Program-made: the position numbers and the translations under genes
NCBI GenBank assembly: GCA_963666275.2
Contig: CAXXOA010000001.1
Coordinates: 672,001-736,000 of the forward strand
Source of the DNA: Oceanispirochaeta sp.
GTDB taxonomy: Bacteria; Spirochaetota; Spirochaetia; DSM-2461
Direction of reading: 5' to 3'
Length of the DNA: 64,000 bases
Notes under the pieces: generated by a model
The model's database searches: none
Seen by the model: the letters and a program-made list of their open reading frames with translations, nothing else
Told to the model about the DNA's origin: nothing
Shown: piece after piece, positions 1 through 8,469 of the stretch
Layout: the number at the start of each line of letters is the position of its first letter
Position numbering within the stretch: the first letter of the stretch is position 1

Positions 1-411
1 CAGTTCACATCCATAAGGGAAATGTACGAGACCCTGAATGACTGGCTTTTATCGCTTCTGGAGACACTGAGCCTGAAAAAGCCGGTTTCCCGTTTGACCT
101 CATCGGCGGTTATGAAGATCGAAGCCGTTTATGGACAGCCTGTTTCCATCGAGGAGATCGCCGATTCCCTGGAAGTTTCCTCCCGGTATCTGCGAAAGGT
201 CTTTAAATCTGAAATGGGCCTGGGAATCCACGATTATCTGACAAAACTCAGAATCACCAGGGCTAAGGAACTTCTTGGCGGTTCAAACCTGAAGATCCAT
301 CAGATAGCCAGCCGGGTGGGGATGGAGAATCCCCGTTATTTCTGCCAGTTTTTTAAAAAGGAAACCGGGGTGCTGCCCTCGGAGTATGCGGGGAGTAAAA
401 GAACTGTCTGA
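1..411 (+). CDS. AraC-family HTH transcriptional regulator, C-terminal part (5'-truncated by window edge; possibly a YesN-like response regulator)
   Basis: Frame is open from base 1; AraC signature IEEIADSLEVSSRYLRKVFK...RAKELL...IASRVGMENPRYFCQFFKKETGVLPSEY. Confidence 0.9.
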   Translation, partial: QFTSIREMYETLNDWLLSLLETLSLKKPVSRLTSSAVMKIEAVYGQPVSIEEIADSLEVSSRYLRKVFKSEMGLGIHDYLTKLRITRAKELLGGSNLKIHQIASRVGMENPRYFCQFFKKETGVLPSEYAGSKRTV

Positions 412-422
412 TCTGGAAGGAC

Positions 423-459
423 AAAAAAATCCCTGTCTCTCGGATGGACAAACAGGGAT
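423..459 (-). terminator. Intrinsic terminator-like hairpin between convergent genes
   Basis: atccctgt (429-436) / acagggat (452-459) inverted repeat; A7 run at 423-429 gives a U-tract on the minus strand. Confidence 0.6.
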
Positions 460-484
460 CATCTTCTTTTTTACATTACGATTC

Positions 485-673
485 TTAAGCAAGATGGCTT
501 TTAAAGAACCCTTCAATTTTATCAAAGGGGATAACATCCATCCTGTCGTACAGGTCTGCTGCCAGGGTGATGCCGTAGCGGTTATAAAATGTCACTTTTC
601 TGTGATTTACTTTGCTGCTTTTAGGGAAGACCTTGTCCCATTCCTGAGTTAAATTGAGATTATCTTTTGTCAT
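485..673 (-). pseudogene. Internally deleted alpha/beta-hydrolase remnant (62 aa)
   Basis: N-terminus EWDKVFPKS..VTFYNRYGITLAADLY joined directly to a C-terminal segment DLYDRMDVIPFDKIEGFF that I recall from ~300+ aa YcjY-like hydrolases; good RBS (AGAGGTAGG); no nucleophile motif. Confidence 0.7.
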
Positions 674-777
674 ATATATTACCTACCTCTTAAATAATTT
701 CTTTTCTTACAGGTCCTCAAAAGGATTTTTCTTCCTGTGTTGATTATTAATATAGTAAAAGGAATGCTTTCGGGAAA

Positions 778-840
778 TGTCCATTCTTACAGTAATATTG
801 CCTATAGTTACAAAATTATTGTTTAATTGTCATGAATAAT
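778..840. promoter_or_regulatory. Imperfect 21-bp direct repeats, candidate regulator-binding site
   Basis: tgtccattcttacagtaatat / tgcctatagttacaaaattat / tgtttaattgtcatgaataat in an AT-rich divergent intergenic region. Confidence 0.4.
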
Positions 841-903
841 ATTTTATTATTGCACAAAATAGGTTTTAACTGATTTTATTTTGGCTTGCGCGGTAGAGGC
901 GCC

Positions 904-1041
904 ATGTCTGTTCCGGGCTCAGTAACCGGACCGGCAAGATCAGTTCCGACGATTGACACACCTGGCCTCCCGGTGCTATTTGATCCTTTAGAATTCTCAA
1001 AAATCGAGGGTTTAAAGGAAGTTGTCGTCCTATATGATTGA
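904..1041 (+). CDS. Possible 45-aa peptide overlapping the radical SAM start
   Basis: MSVPGSVTGPARSVPTIDTPGLPVLFDPLEFSKIEGLKEVVVLYD; AGAGG upstream; stop overlaps next ATG (ATGATTGA). Confidence 0.3.
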   Translation: MSVPGSVTGPARSVPTIDTPGLPVLFDPLEFSKIEGLKEVVVLYD

Positions 1042-2623
1042 CCTTGTTTTTCCGCCCGCAGCGTCGCCGACCTGCGTGCCTCTGGGGGTCTCTTTTCTGA
1101 AGGCCCATATCGACTCGGTTCTGGGAACCGATCGTCTGGCTGTACAGGATCTGAATATCCGGTACTGGAATTATCTGGTGGATCAGAATGATGATTACAG
1201 CAGCTACCAGCGGTTTGTAAAAGGTGAAACCGGGGCATTCACCCGGGACCTCTACGAACCTCTCCTGCCGGTACAGCAGGCTCTGAAAGAGGAGTCCGAC
1301 AGGATCCTCTCTGCAGTCAGAAGATGGCTGGATCGGGGGGAGCTGTCCCATGAGCTCTTGCAGCTCTTCTTCTTTCTGGCAGAGTCTCTTACGGTCCCCG
1401 GTGAAGCGGTCATGTTCTCCTGTCTTTTTCCCGATCAGCTTCTCTTTGCTCTGGGATTTTCCCGCTGGCTACATCAGGAGCGGGGGGAGCGGATTTTCCT
1501 GGGCGGTGCTTCGGTGCTGATCGTGGACCCTGCCGAACTGATGGCCCTGGCCCCCTGGATTGACGGTGTTTTTACAGGAGAAGGGGAGCGGGCAATGGAG
1601 ATTTTCCTCCGGGACGGGGAGAGCGCTTCGGTGCCCGGTTTATACCGGCGGCTGAACACAGAGATCCTCAAAGAAGAGCCTGCAAAAGTCCCGGTTATAA
1701 CTCAGATGATCCGTCCCGATTTTTCCTGGGCCACCCTTTCGTCCTATTATAACCCCGAACCGGTTCTGCCTGTGCAGTTTTCCCGGGGATGCAAGTGGCG
1801 ACGCTGCCGGTTCTGTGCCCACAACTTCTCTTTCGGCCGGTACCGCTGTATGAGCCCGGAGGCCGCGGTGGATATGCTTAGTGAATACGGCGATTCCCTG
1901 GGGGTACGGTACTTCTACATTACCGATCAGTATCTGGATGCCTCTTTTCTTGAACCCTTTGCCCTGGAGCTTCTCTCCCGGAAAATGGCTGTCCGTTATA
2001 CCTTTATGGGGCGGCCCGCAGAAGATATGACGGCGGAACTGATGACCCTGCTGGCCGATTCGGGATGCCGGTGGATCATCTGGGGCGTCGAGTCGGGGAG
2101 CCGGCGTCTGCTGGATACGGCCGATAAGGGAACCAGGCCGGAGGAAGTCTCCCGGGTTCTGAAGGATTCGGCCAGAGCGGGTATCCGCAATCAGGCTCTT
2201 ATGATTTTCGGGCTTCCCGGATCGGATGATCAGGCGGCGGAAGATACCTATACGTTCCTTCAGGAGAACCGTCCCTGGATTCACTCCCATACGGCCAGTG
2301 AGTTTCAGCTCTATAAGGGGACACCCTTCGGTAACCACCCTGAAAAGTACGGCCTCAAAGTAACAGGGACATCGGTCTTCTGCCGCATAGACGGCTCGGC
2401 CCTGGAGAGCGTGAAAAGGGAGTTTACAAATATTTCCACCCGAGAGGAGCCGGAGATTCTCAGAGGCCCTCTGGAAGCCGGTAAATGGAAACGCCGGGGT
2501 ATCTGGCTCTATCCTGACAGTTTCTGGAATGCCCTTCCTTCGGAGCACTATCTGATTCTCAGTGCCCGGGAGTGGGATCAGGACACTCCGGGGAATACTT
2601 TCCTGGATGACCGGGCCGGTTAG
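1034..2623 (+). CDS. B12-binding-domain radical SAM protein
   Basis: PLGVSFLKA N-terminal motif, IFLGGA, GEGE, SRGCKWRRCRFC Fe-S motif, WGVESGS, MIFGLPG; ATG 1034 preferred over TTG 1022. Confidence 0.85.
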   Translation: MIDLVFPPAASPTCVPLGVSFLKAHIDSVLGTDRLAVQDLNIRYWNYLVDQNDDYSSYQRFVKGETGAFTRDLYEPLLPVQQALKEESDRILSAVRRWLDRGELSHELLQLFFFLAESLTVPGEAVMFSCLFPDQLLFALGFSRWLHQERGERIFLGGASVLIVDPAELMALAPWIDGVFTGEGERAMEIFLRDGESASVPGLYRRLNTEILKEEPAKVPVITQMIRPDFSWATLSSYYNPEPVLPVQFSRGCKWRRCRFCAHNFSFGRYRCMSPEAAVDMLSEYGDSLGVRYFYITDQYLDASFLEPFALELLSRKMAVRYTFMGRPAEDMTAELMTLLADSGCRWIIWGVESGSRRLLDTADKGTRPEEVSRVLKDSARAGIRNQALMIFGLPGSDDQAAEDTYTFLQENRPWIHSHTASEFQLYKGTPFGNHPEKYGLKVTGTSVFCRIDGSALESVKREFTNISTREEPEILRGPLEAGKWKRRGIWLYPDSFWNALPSEHYLILSAREWDQDTPGNTFLDDRAG

Positions 2624-2798
2624 AACACATCTCTATATATCTGTTCCCCCCGTATGAGGAGCAGATAGGTTCTCACTTTTCAGGGAACCTATGCCTTTAT
2701 AGATGCTCCGATCATTTTCAACGGGGGTATTATATTCTATAGTAACCCGGGAATCCCCGAAGAAAGGGCAATGCTGTAATAGGGAAGAAGAGGCGGAT

Positions 2799-3377
2799 AT
2801 GGATATTCAGAGGTTTTACGATTTTTTAATGGAAATGGATCAGCTGAAAGGGGTCTATCGGAAGACCTTCCTTTCCGACGGCTCCCGGCATGAGAACTCG
2901 GCGGAGCACAGCTGGCATCTGGCCATGGCTCTGATGATGCTGCAGCAGGAGATTCCCGAAACAATCGACTTTAACCGGGCTCTGAAAATGGCTCTGGTCC
3001 ATGACGTTTGCGAAATCGGAGCAGGGGATATCTCGGTGTACGACAAGGGCCGGGATGAGATTCAGTCCTCGGAAAAAGAGTATCTTCTGGACCTGGCCGG
3101 GAGACATCCCGGGGCATTTACAGAGGATCTGTATCAGCTCTGGGAGGAGTATGAAGCCCAGGAAACTCCCGAAAGCCGCTGGGTTAAGGTTCTGGACAGG
3201 CTTCTCCCTTTCTGCCTGAATCTGGTTACCCGGGGCCGTTCCTGGAAGGAGCAGAAGGTCAGGAAACACCAGGTCCTGGCCATTCACGAACCTATCCGGC
3301 AGCAGGCTCCCCATCTGTATGAATGGCTTAAGGCAAAGGTGGACTATGCTGTTTCCGAGGGATGGCTGGATGAGTGA
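2799..3377 (+). CDS. HD-domain phosphohydrolase (YfbR/HDDC2-like)
   Basis: RHENSAEHSW, MALVHDVCEIGAGD, LWEEYE, VKVLDRL; start at ATG 2799 after GAGGCGG. Confidence 0.9.
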   Translation: MDIQRFYDFLMEMDQLKGVYRKTFLSDGSRHENSAEHSWHLAMALMMLQQEIPETIDFNRALKMALVHDVCEIGAGDISVYDKGRDEIQSSEKEYLLDLAGRHPGAFTEDLYQLWEEYEAQETPESRWVKVLDRLLPFCLNLVTRGRSWKEQKVRKHQVLAIHEPIRQQAPHLYEWLKAKVDYAVSEGWLDE

Positions 3378-3852
3378 AAAACCCGCTCCGGAAAATTCCC
3401 TGAGTAAAAATGAGTCTTATCACATACAGATAGGCAGGGCTGAGGAATTGATAGCCCTGTCCCGCTCCATCCGCTATCAGGTCTTTGTCCTGGAGCAGGG
3501 AATCCCCGAACATCTGGATGACGACGGACTGGATGAACTGTCCTGGCACCTTATAGTCTCTGACGGAACGACTCCTGTGGCGGCAGCAAGGCTCTACAGC
3601 CCTGAGGGAATCCATTCCGTTATGGCGAGAGTTGCGGTGCTGAAAGAGTACCGCCGAAGGGGAATCGCCGGCAGGATTGTTCAGAGCATGATTGAGTTTG
3701 CCCGGACAAGCGGCATTGCCAGGATTGAAATTCATGCCCATAAGCATCTGGAACAGTATTATAAACAGTTCGGTTTTGCCTATATCAGAGAGGCAGAGGT
3801 CGTGGGCGGACACCAGCTCATAGAAATGCTCTGTCAGATTGGTGAAACATAA
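3370..3852 (+). CDS. GNAT N-acetyltransferase (ElaA/YjcF-like)
   Basis: IRYQVFVLEQGIP, RVAVLKEYRRRGIAG acetyl-CoA motif, YYKQFGF; overlaps HD gene stop. Confidence 0.9.
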   Translation: MSEKPAPENSLSKNESYHIQIGRAEELIALSRSIRYQVFVLEQGIPEHLDDDGLDELSWHLIVSDGTTPVAAARLYSPEGIHSVMARVAVLKEYRRRGIAGRIVQSMIEFARTSGIARIEIHAHKHLEQYYKQFGFAYIREAEVVGGHQLIEMLCQIGET

Positions 3853-3879
3853 CTCCCCCGGAGATTCCCCCGGGAAGGA

Positions 3880-5025
3880 CTACGCTTTCCTCTTCAGGCT
3901 GACCCACCCCCAGGCCGCTGCGATGGCGGACAGAAGGATCACCTGAAAAAGGAAGGCACTCCCTACGGATCTGTCGGCGAATTCCCCTGTTATCAGATTG
4001 ATTCCCGCCCCTGTCACCCCTTCAATCACGGCATAAACCGATAGAGCCGTCGCTCTGTTACGGCTGTTGAGCTCCCCGTTTTTTATGCTGTAGGACAGGG
4101 GCCGGAAAAGGGCCGCTCCCAGAAGGATAAAAGCAATACTGCCAATGCTCAGGCCTATGGACGTGGTAAAACTCAGGATCGTTTCCGCCGTCAGGATAAT
4201 GGTGAATACAAGAACCGCCGTGCCTGCGTTTCCGATGCGGCCCATGAGTCTGTAGGTCATGGTTGCTCCCAGGGGGATCAGCTGCATAAACGCATAGATC
4301 ATTCCGAAATAGCGGACCGGGATACCGGCTTTTATATACTGGGCCTGATTCAGCATGACCCCGGCGGCGAATGCAATTTCGGAAATGACCGCACCGGCTA
4401 TGAGAAAGAGGATCATCCGGGGAGTCAGGACTGTGTTCCGGAAGGATTCAATCATTCCCATTGCCGGGGCTTCCGGCGGTTTGGCCGTATCTTTCAGCAG
4501 AAAGCTCAGTAGCCAGGCGGCACCATAGGGAAAAATCGTAAGGAACGCCGTGAGCTTCATGGAAACTGCCAGGATCAGGGGTGAGGTCAGAGCGGCGATT
4601 ATCAGACCGAAAGTCCCTGCCGCACTGACAAGGCCGTAGATTCTGGCTTTGCTGTCCCCACCGGAGGACTCGTAGAGCAGAGCGGAATCACAGCCCGAGA
4701 GGCCCGCAATGGATACAGCCAGGAAAATCCGTTCCAGGAGAAAGAGGGAGTAGCTGTCGGCGTAGAAAAAGACGATTTTGGAAATAAAAAAGACAAAATT
4801 GCTTATAATCAGGGTTTTTCTGTATCCGAATCTGTCGGCAAAATATCCCCAGGGTATTTCAAGAAGAAAAGTGAGGATCCAGCAGATCGATTCAATCTGA
4901 AGGATATCCGAGAGAGTCAATCCGTACTGCTGCCGGTACAGCGCGGGGATGGAGCAGTAGAAGACCATTCCCTGAAGGAATGAAAGGAGAGAGAGTACGG
5001 GTATATTCCGGTTTTTTACCATCAT
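3880..5025 (-). CDS. MFS transporter
   Basis: LEIPWGYFADRFGYRKTL motif A, SGCDSALLYES, about 12 hydrophobic segments. Confidence 0.9.
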   Translation of the reverse strand: MMVKNRNIPVLSLLSFLQGMVFYCSIPALYRQQYGLTLSDILQIESICWILTFLLEIPWGYFADRFGYRKTLIISNFVFFISKIVFFYADSYSLFLLERIFLAVSIAGLSGCDSALLYESSGGDSKARIYGLVSAAGTFGLIIAALTSPLILAVSMKLTAFLTIFPYGAAWLLSFLLKDTAKPPEAPAMGMIESFRNTVLTPRMILFLIAGAVISEIAFAAGVMLNQAQYIKAGIPVRYFGMIYAFMQLIPLGATMTYRLMGRIGNAGTAVLVFTIILTAETILSFTTSIGLSIGSIAFILLGAALFRPLSYSIKNGELNSRNRATALSVYAVIEGVTGAGINLITGEFADRSVGSAFLFQVILLSAIAAAWGWVSLKRKA

Positions 5026-5060
5026 GAGTTCCTTTGGGGCAGAACTCTTTCATACAAGGC

Positions 5061-5141
5061 TTATTTTTTAACGTGAGAGATAGAGTTCTGCTCTGGTGTT
5101 TTTAAGTGAGATATTCCAGTGGGAACACTGGATTGGAACAT
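5061..5141 (-). CDS. Candidate 26-aa leader peptide upstream of the MFS gene
   Basis: MFQSSVPTGISHLKTPEQNSISHVKK; overlaps one arm of inverted repeat gcagaactct/agagttctgc whose other arm abuts the MFS RBS. Confidence 0.35.
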   Translation of the reverse strand: MFQSSVPTGISHLKTPEQNSISHVKK

Positions 5142-5171
5142 ATGACGGGTCTAAATCGGACTCATAGGGAT

Positions 5172-5200
5172 ATTGTCCTGCCAATTTCCCTGTGAGTCAA
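5172..5200 (-). promoter_or_regulatory. Sigma70-like promoter for the MFS gene, overlapped by a 12-bp inverted repeat
   Basis: TTGACT-17 bp-GACAAT on minus strand; gactcataggga (5159-5170) / tccctgtgagtc (5187-5198). Confidence 0.55.
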
Positions 5201-5237
5201 TATCTGTTCGTTCCTTTCCGGGCAAACTTCTGTCTTC

Positions 5238-5642
5238 TCAGGCTATCTCTGTGAGTCCCAGAAGGCTTTCATCCTTAATGGCCTCCAGAAACTCACGCAT
5301 TCCTTTAAAGGCACTGTCTCTGTCTTTCCCTTCCACAGCCAGGAAGAGGATGGAATCGTTCCGTCCGATCATCCCCATATTGTGCACCCCCAGGAGTCTG
5401 TTGAGGCTGTATCTCTCCGCAATCTCCCGGGCTTTGGCCAGAAGAATCTGCTCTGCGTCGGGCTTCTCTGCAAAAAGGCGGATACTGGTGAAATCGGCCA
5501 CTTTCTTTCCCGGATATTTGGCCTTGCCGTGGTGAACCAGGATGGTCCCCGTCGAGTCTGCCGGGGATTGATGAAACTCTTTATAAAGAGCCATATGATC
5601 GAGTCCTTCCGAGAGGGTAAATGATACGTCGTATTGGTTCAT
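5238..5642 (-). CDS. MoaE-like molybdopterin synthase large subunit homolog
   Basis: AREIAERYSLNRLLGVHNMGMIGRNDSILFLAVEGKDRDSAFKGMREFLEAIK matches the MoaE pattern; C-terminal PIWKKE motif absent. Confidence 0.65.
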   Translation of the reverse strand: MNQYDVSFTLSEGLDHMALYKEFHQSPADSTGTILVHHGKAKYPGKKVADFTSIRLFAEKPDAEQILLAKAREIAERYSLNRLLGVHNMGMIGRNDSILFLAVEGKDRDSAFKGMREFLEAIKDESLLGLTEIA

Positions 5643-5719
5643 GGGCAGCCTTCCTTAAAAGCATAAGATTTATTAATTCCTGACTATTATATTCAGAATA
5701 ACGAGAGGACTCAATAAAT

Positions 5720-5800
5720 TCCTCCCTCTCCCCCTGAGAGAGGGTCGGGGAGAGGCCGGTTACCTGCCTGAGCAACAAACGAAGTTTGTGACCAGGGGTA
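5720..5800. repeat. Composite REP-like element, copy A
   Basis: ccctctcccc-tgagagaggg-tcggggagagg hairpin plus 26-mer tgcctgagcaacaaacgaagtttgtg (5765-5790), exact reverse complement of 30715-30740. Confidence 0.75.
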
Positions 5801-5905
5801 CGGGAGCTTGCATAGATCCTCTGCAAACTGTATTTTTATAAAAAAATAATTGTCTGATAATACTTGTCTCATAAAGTCGCGTCAGGATTTCCCCGAGGAA
5901 CTACA

Positions 5906-6769
5906 ATGATAGATTTACACGCTCATACCAACATTTCGGATGGTACCTACTCTCCGAAAGAACTCATAGAGACTGCTGTAAAGGCAGGACTCTCGGCTAT
6001 TGCTGTTACCGATCATGACAGCATCGACGGCCTGGCGGAAGCCCGCCGGGAAGCGGAAAAGCAGGAGATAACCCTGGTTCAGGGCATTGAGTTCAGCGCC
6101 GCCTACGGAGAGAACCGTTTGATCCATATCCTGGGGTTGGGGATCGATCCGGAAGATCCGGCCTTTCTGGAAATCTATACTGCCTACAGAAAAACCCGCT
6201 CTGAATCCCTGGACCATGTTTTTCAGAAACTGCCGGAACTGGGCATCTCCCTGACGCCCGCAGATGCGGCGCCCTATATGACAGGTCAGTATCCGGACCG
6301 TCAGGCTATTGCCAAAACCATCGTTGCCAAAGGGTATGTTCCTCTGATTAAAAATGCCTGGATGGGGTATCTGGATCATATCCCCTACAGGCAGGAGGAA
6401 CTGATTCAACCCAAAAAGGCTATTCAGGCGATTCATGCCGCCGGAGGAAAGGCTTTTCTGGCCCATTTCCATATGCCCATCGGTTTAAAAGGCTATTCGG
6501 ATCTGGAAGCCCGCCGGCGCCTGGGAGAACTGAAAGACTGGGGGCTCGACGGAATGGAGTACTATTACCCCTCCTATACAGAAGAAGATTCCCGGCTCTG
6601 CGACAGGTATATCCGGGATTTCGGTTTCCTCCGTTCGGGAGGAACAGACTTTCATGGCGCCAACAGAGCCCATATCCAGCTGGGAACCGGGGAAGGGGAC
6701 TTTGCTGTTCCCGATGAACTGCTGAACACGATCATCCCGGCAGCAGGCAGAGCTCTCAAAGTCTCCTAG
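5906..6769 (+). CDS. PHP-domain phosphoesterase (TrpH/YciV-like)
   Basis: DLHAHTNISDG, AVTDHD, GIEFS, HILG, LAH, GGTDFHG. Confidence 0.92.
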   Translation: MIDLHAHTNISDGTYSPKELIETAVKAGLSAIAVTDHDSIDGLAEARREAEKQEITLVQGIEFSAAYGENRLIHILGLGIDPEDPAFLEIYTAYRKTRSESLDHVFQKLPELGISLTPADAAPYMTGQYPDRQAIAKTIVAKGYVPLIKNAWMGYLDHIPYRQEELIQPKKAIQAIHAAGGKAFLAHFHMPIGLKGYSDLEARRRLGELKDWGLDGMEYYYPSYTEEDSRLCDRYIRDFGFLRSGGTDFHGANRAHIQLGTGEGDFAVPDELLNTIIPAAGRALKVS

Positions 6770-6836
6770 AACACCCTGGCGGATGAAGAATCCGGCAGAA
6801 TGGAATACCCCCCTATAAAGGCAGGTCAGAAAAGCT

Positions 6837-7331
6837 ATGAAAAGGAATATCATCCTCATTGGAATGCCCTCCAGCGGAAAGAGCACTCTGGGAGTGCTTC
6901 TGGCCAAAAGGCTTTCCATGACTTTCCTGGATACGGATCTGCTGATTCAGAGCGAAGAGGGCCGCAGGCTCCAGGAGATTCAGAATGCCGTTGGAATGGA
7001 AGCGTTCCGGCTTCTGGAGGGCCGTATCATTGAAAATGTAGCCTGTGAAAATACTGTCATAGCCACCGGGGGAAGCGCCGTGTACTGTACTCAGGCAATG
7101 GCGTCTTTAAAACAAACCGGAACTACCGTCTTTCTCGATCTGCCTCTGGATGAGATCGAGACAAGGATCGGAGACCCTGCGGTTCGGGGCGTGGTCATGC
7201 AGCCTGGAATGACACTGGCAGACCTGTACAGGCAGCGAAGACCTCTTTACAGGCAATACGCGGATCTGACTCTCTCCTGCGGCGGTAAAAGCCATGATGC
7301 CCTGTTGGATGAACTGGCCGGACTGCTGTAA
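6837..7331 (+). CDS. aroK: Shikimate kinase
   Basis: NIILIGMPSSGKST P-loop, DTD, VIATGGSAV, RRPLY. Confidence 0.9.
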   Translation: MKRNIILIGMPSSGKSTLGVLLAKRLSMTFLDTDLLIQSEEGRRLQEIQNAVGMEAFRLLEGRIIENVACENTVIATGGSAVYCTQAMASLKQTGTTVFLDLPLDEIETRIGDPAVRGVVMQPGMTLADLYRQRRPLYRQYADLTLSCGGKSHDALLDELAGLL

Positions 7332-7353
7332 TATACTGAAAGAGGACAGGAAC

Positions 7354-8283
7354 ATGAACAGCGTAACAATTTTCGGTATCGGCGGCATTGGCGGTTATCT
7401 GGGAGCTGTCATCGGCTCCCGGCTTCCCGCTCTGGATCTGACTTTTATCGCCAGAGGAAAACACCTGGAAGCTATCAGAAATCAGGGGCTTACCTTCCGT
7501 CGGGACGGTCATTCCGACACCCTTGCCAGACCGGCCAGGGCCGTAGATTCCTCAGGGAATCTGGGGGTACAGGATCTCATATTCATCTGCGTCAAAGCCT
7601 ATGACCTGGAACAGGCCTGCCGGGAAATTGAAGAGCTTGTGGATGATCATACCGTAATCATTCCGGTTCTGAACGGCATGGATATCCATACGCGGATCCG
7701 CAAATTCCTCAAAAAAGGGATCCTCCTTTCCGGGGCAACCTATGTCTCCTCCTATATCGAAAAACCGGGAGTTATACGCTTTCAGACCGGCCGTGAGGTC
7801 TTTGTCCTGGGAAAGAGCCCGGACTGTCAGGATTTTAATCCCTCGGGTCTTCTGGCCTTTCTTGAAAATGCAGGAGTCCCCTTTCAGTGGTTTGACGATC
7901 CCCGGCCGGCCATCTGGCGAAAATACCTGTTTATCTCGCCCTACAGCCTTATGGGAGCCTGGAGCGGAAAAACCATGGGAGCTGTCCTGGCCGATCCACA
8001 GCTCAACAGTATGGTTCAGACTCTCCAGCAGGAAGTCTATGCGGTGGGACTGGCTTCGGGAGTCAATCTGACAGAAGATGATGTCCTGGATGCCCAGGCA
8101 TTTGCCCGGGGGCTGAACTATGAATGCACCACATCCTTCCAGCGGGACTTTATTGATCCATCGCGGAAAAACGAGCTGGATCTGTACGGATCAGCAGTGG
8201 TCCGTCTGGGCCATTCCCTTGATGTGCCCACTCCTCAGATGGAAAGAATCTCCCGGGATCTGGAAAAGAAAAGGGAAGGCTGA
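7354..8283 (+). CDS. panE: 2-dehydropantoate 2-reductase (ketopantoate reductase family)
   Basis: GIGGIGG Rossmann motif, ARGKH, CVKAYD, LNG, WRKY, SFQRD, ELD. Confidence 0.85.
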   Translation: MNSVTIFGIGGIGGYLGAVIGSRLPALDLTFIARGKHLEAIRNQGLTFRRDGHSDTLARPARAVDSSGNLGVQDLIFICVKAYDLEQACREIEELVDDHTVIIPVLNGMDIHTRIRKFLKKGILLSGATYVSSYIEKPGVIRFQTGREVFVLGKSPDCQDFNPSGLLAFLENAGVPFQWFDDPRPAIWRKYLFISPYSLMGAWSGKTMGAVLADPQLNSMVQTLQQEVYAVGLASGVNLTEDDVLDAQAFARGLNYECTTSFQRDFIDPSRKNELDLYGSAVVRLGHSLDVPTPQMERISRDLEKKREG

Positions 8284-8469
8284 AACAGCGTAAAAACCGG
8301 ACAGGATCCAGCTTAGAATCAGGCCGCAATATTATATCCCGGAAAAAGCAATTTTACTTCCCGACTGAAGAGTCAGGAATCCCCGGGGATATGGTTGAAT
8401 TTCCCCCGGATACAACGTATAAATATACAATCTTTACTATACCTAAATTCGAAATTTTTGGAGTAACTC

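Noticed and set aside
890..985. Lysine riboswitch-like start (ggtagaggcgc ... gtgctat)
   Set aside because: Span is only about 90 nt, internal conserved elements were not found, and the downstream gene is unrelated to lysine
5581..5826. 81-aa ORF upstream of the MoaE-like gene as a possible MoaD
   Set aside because: Runs through a REP-like repeat and lacks the C-terminal Gly-Gly
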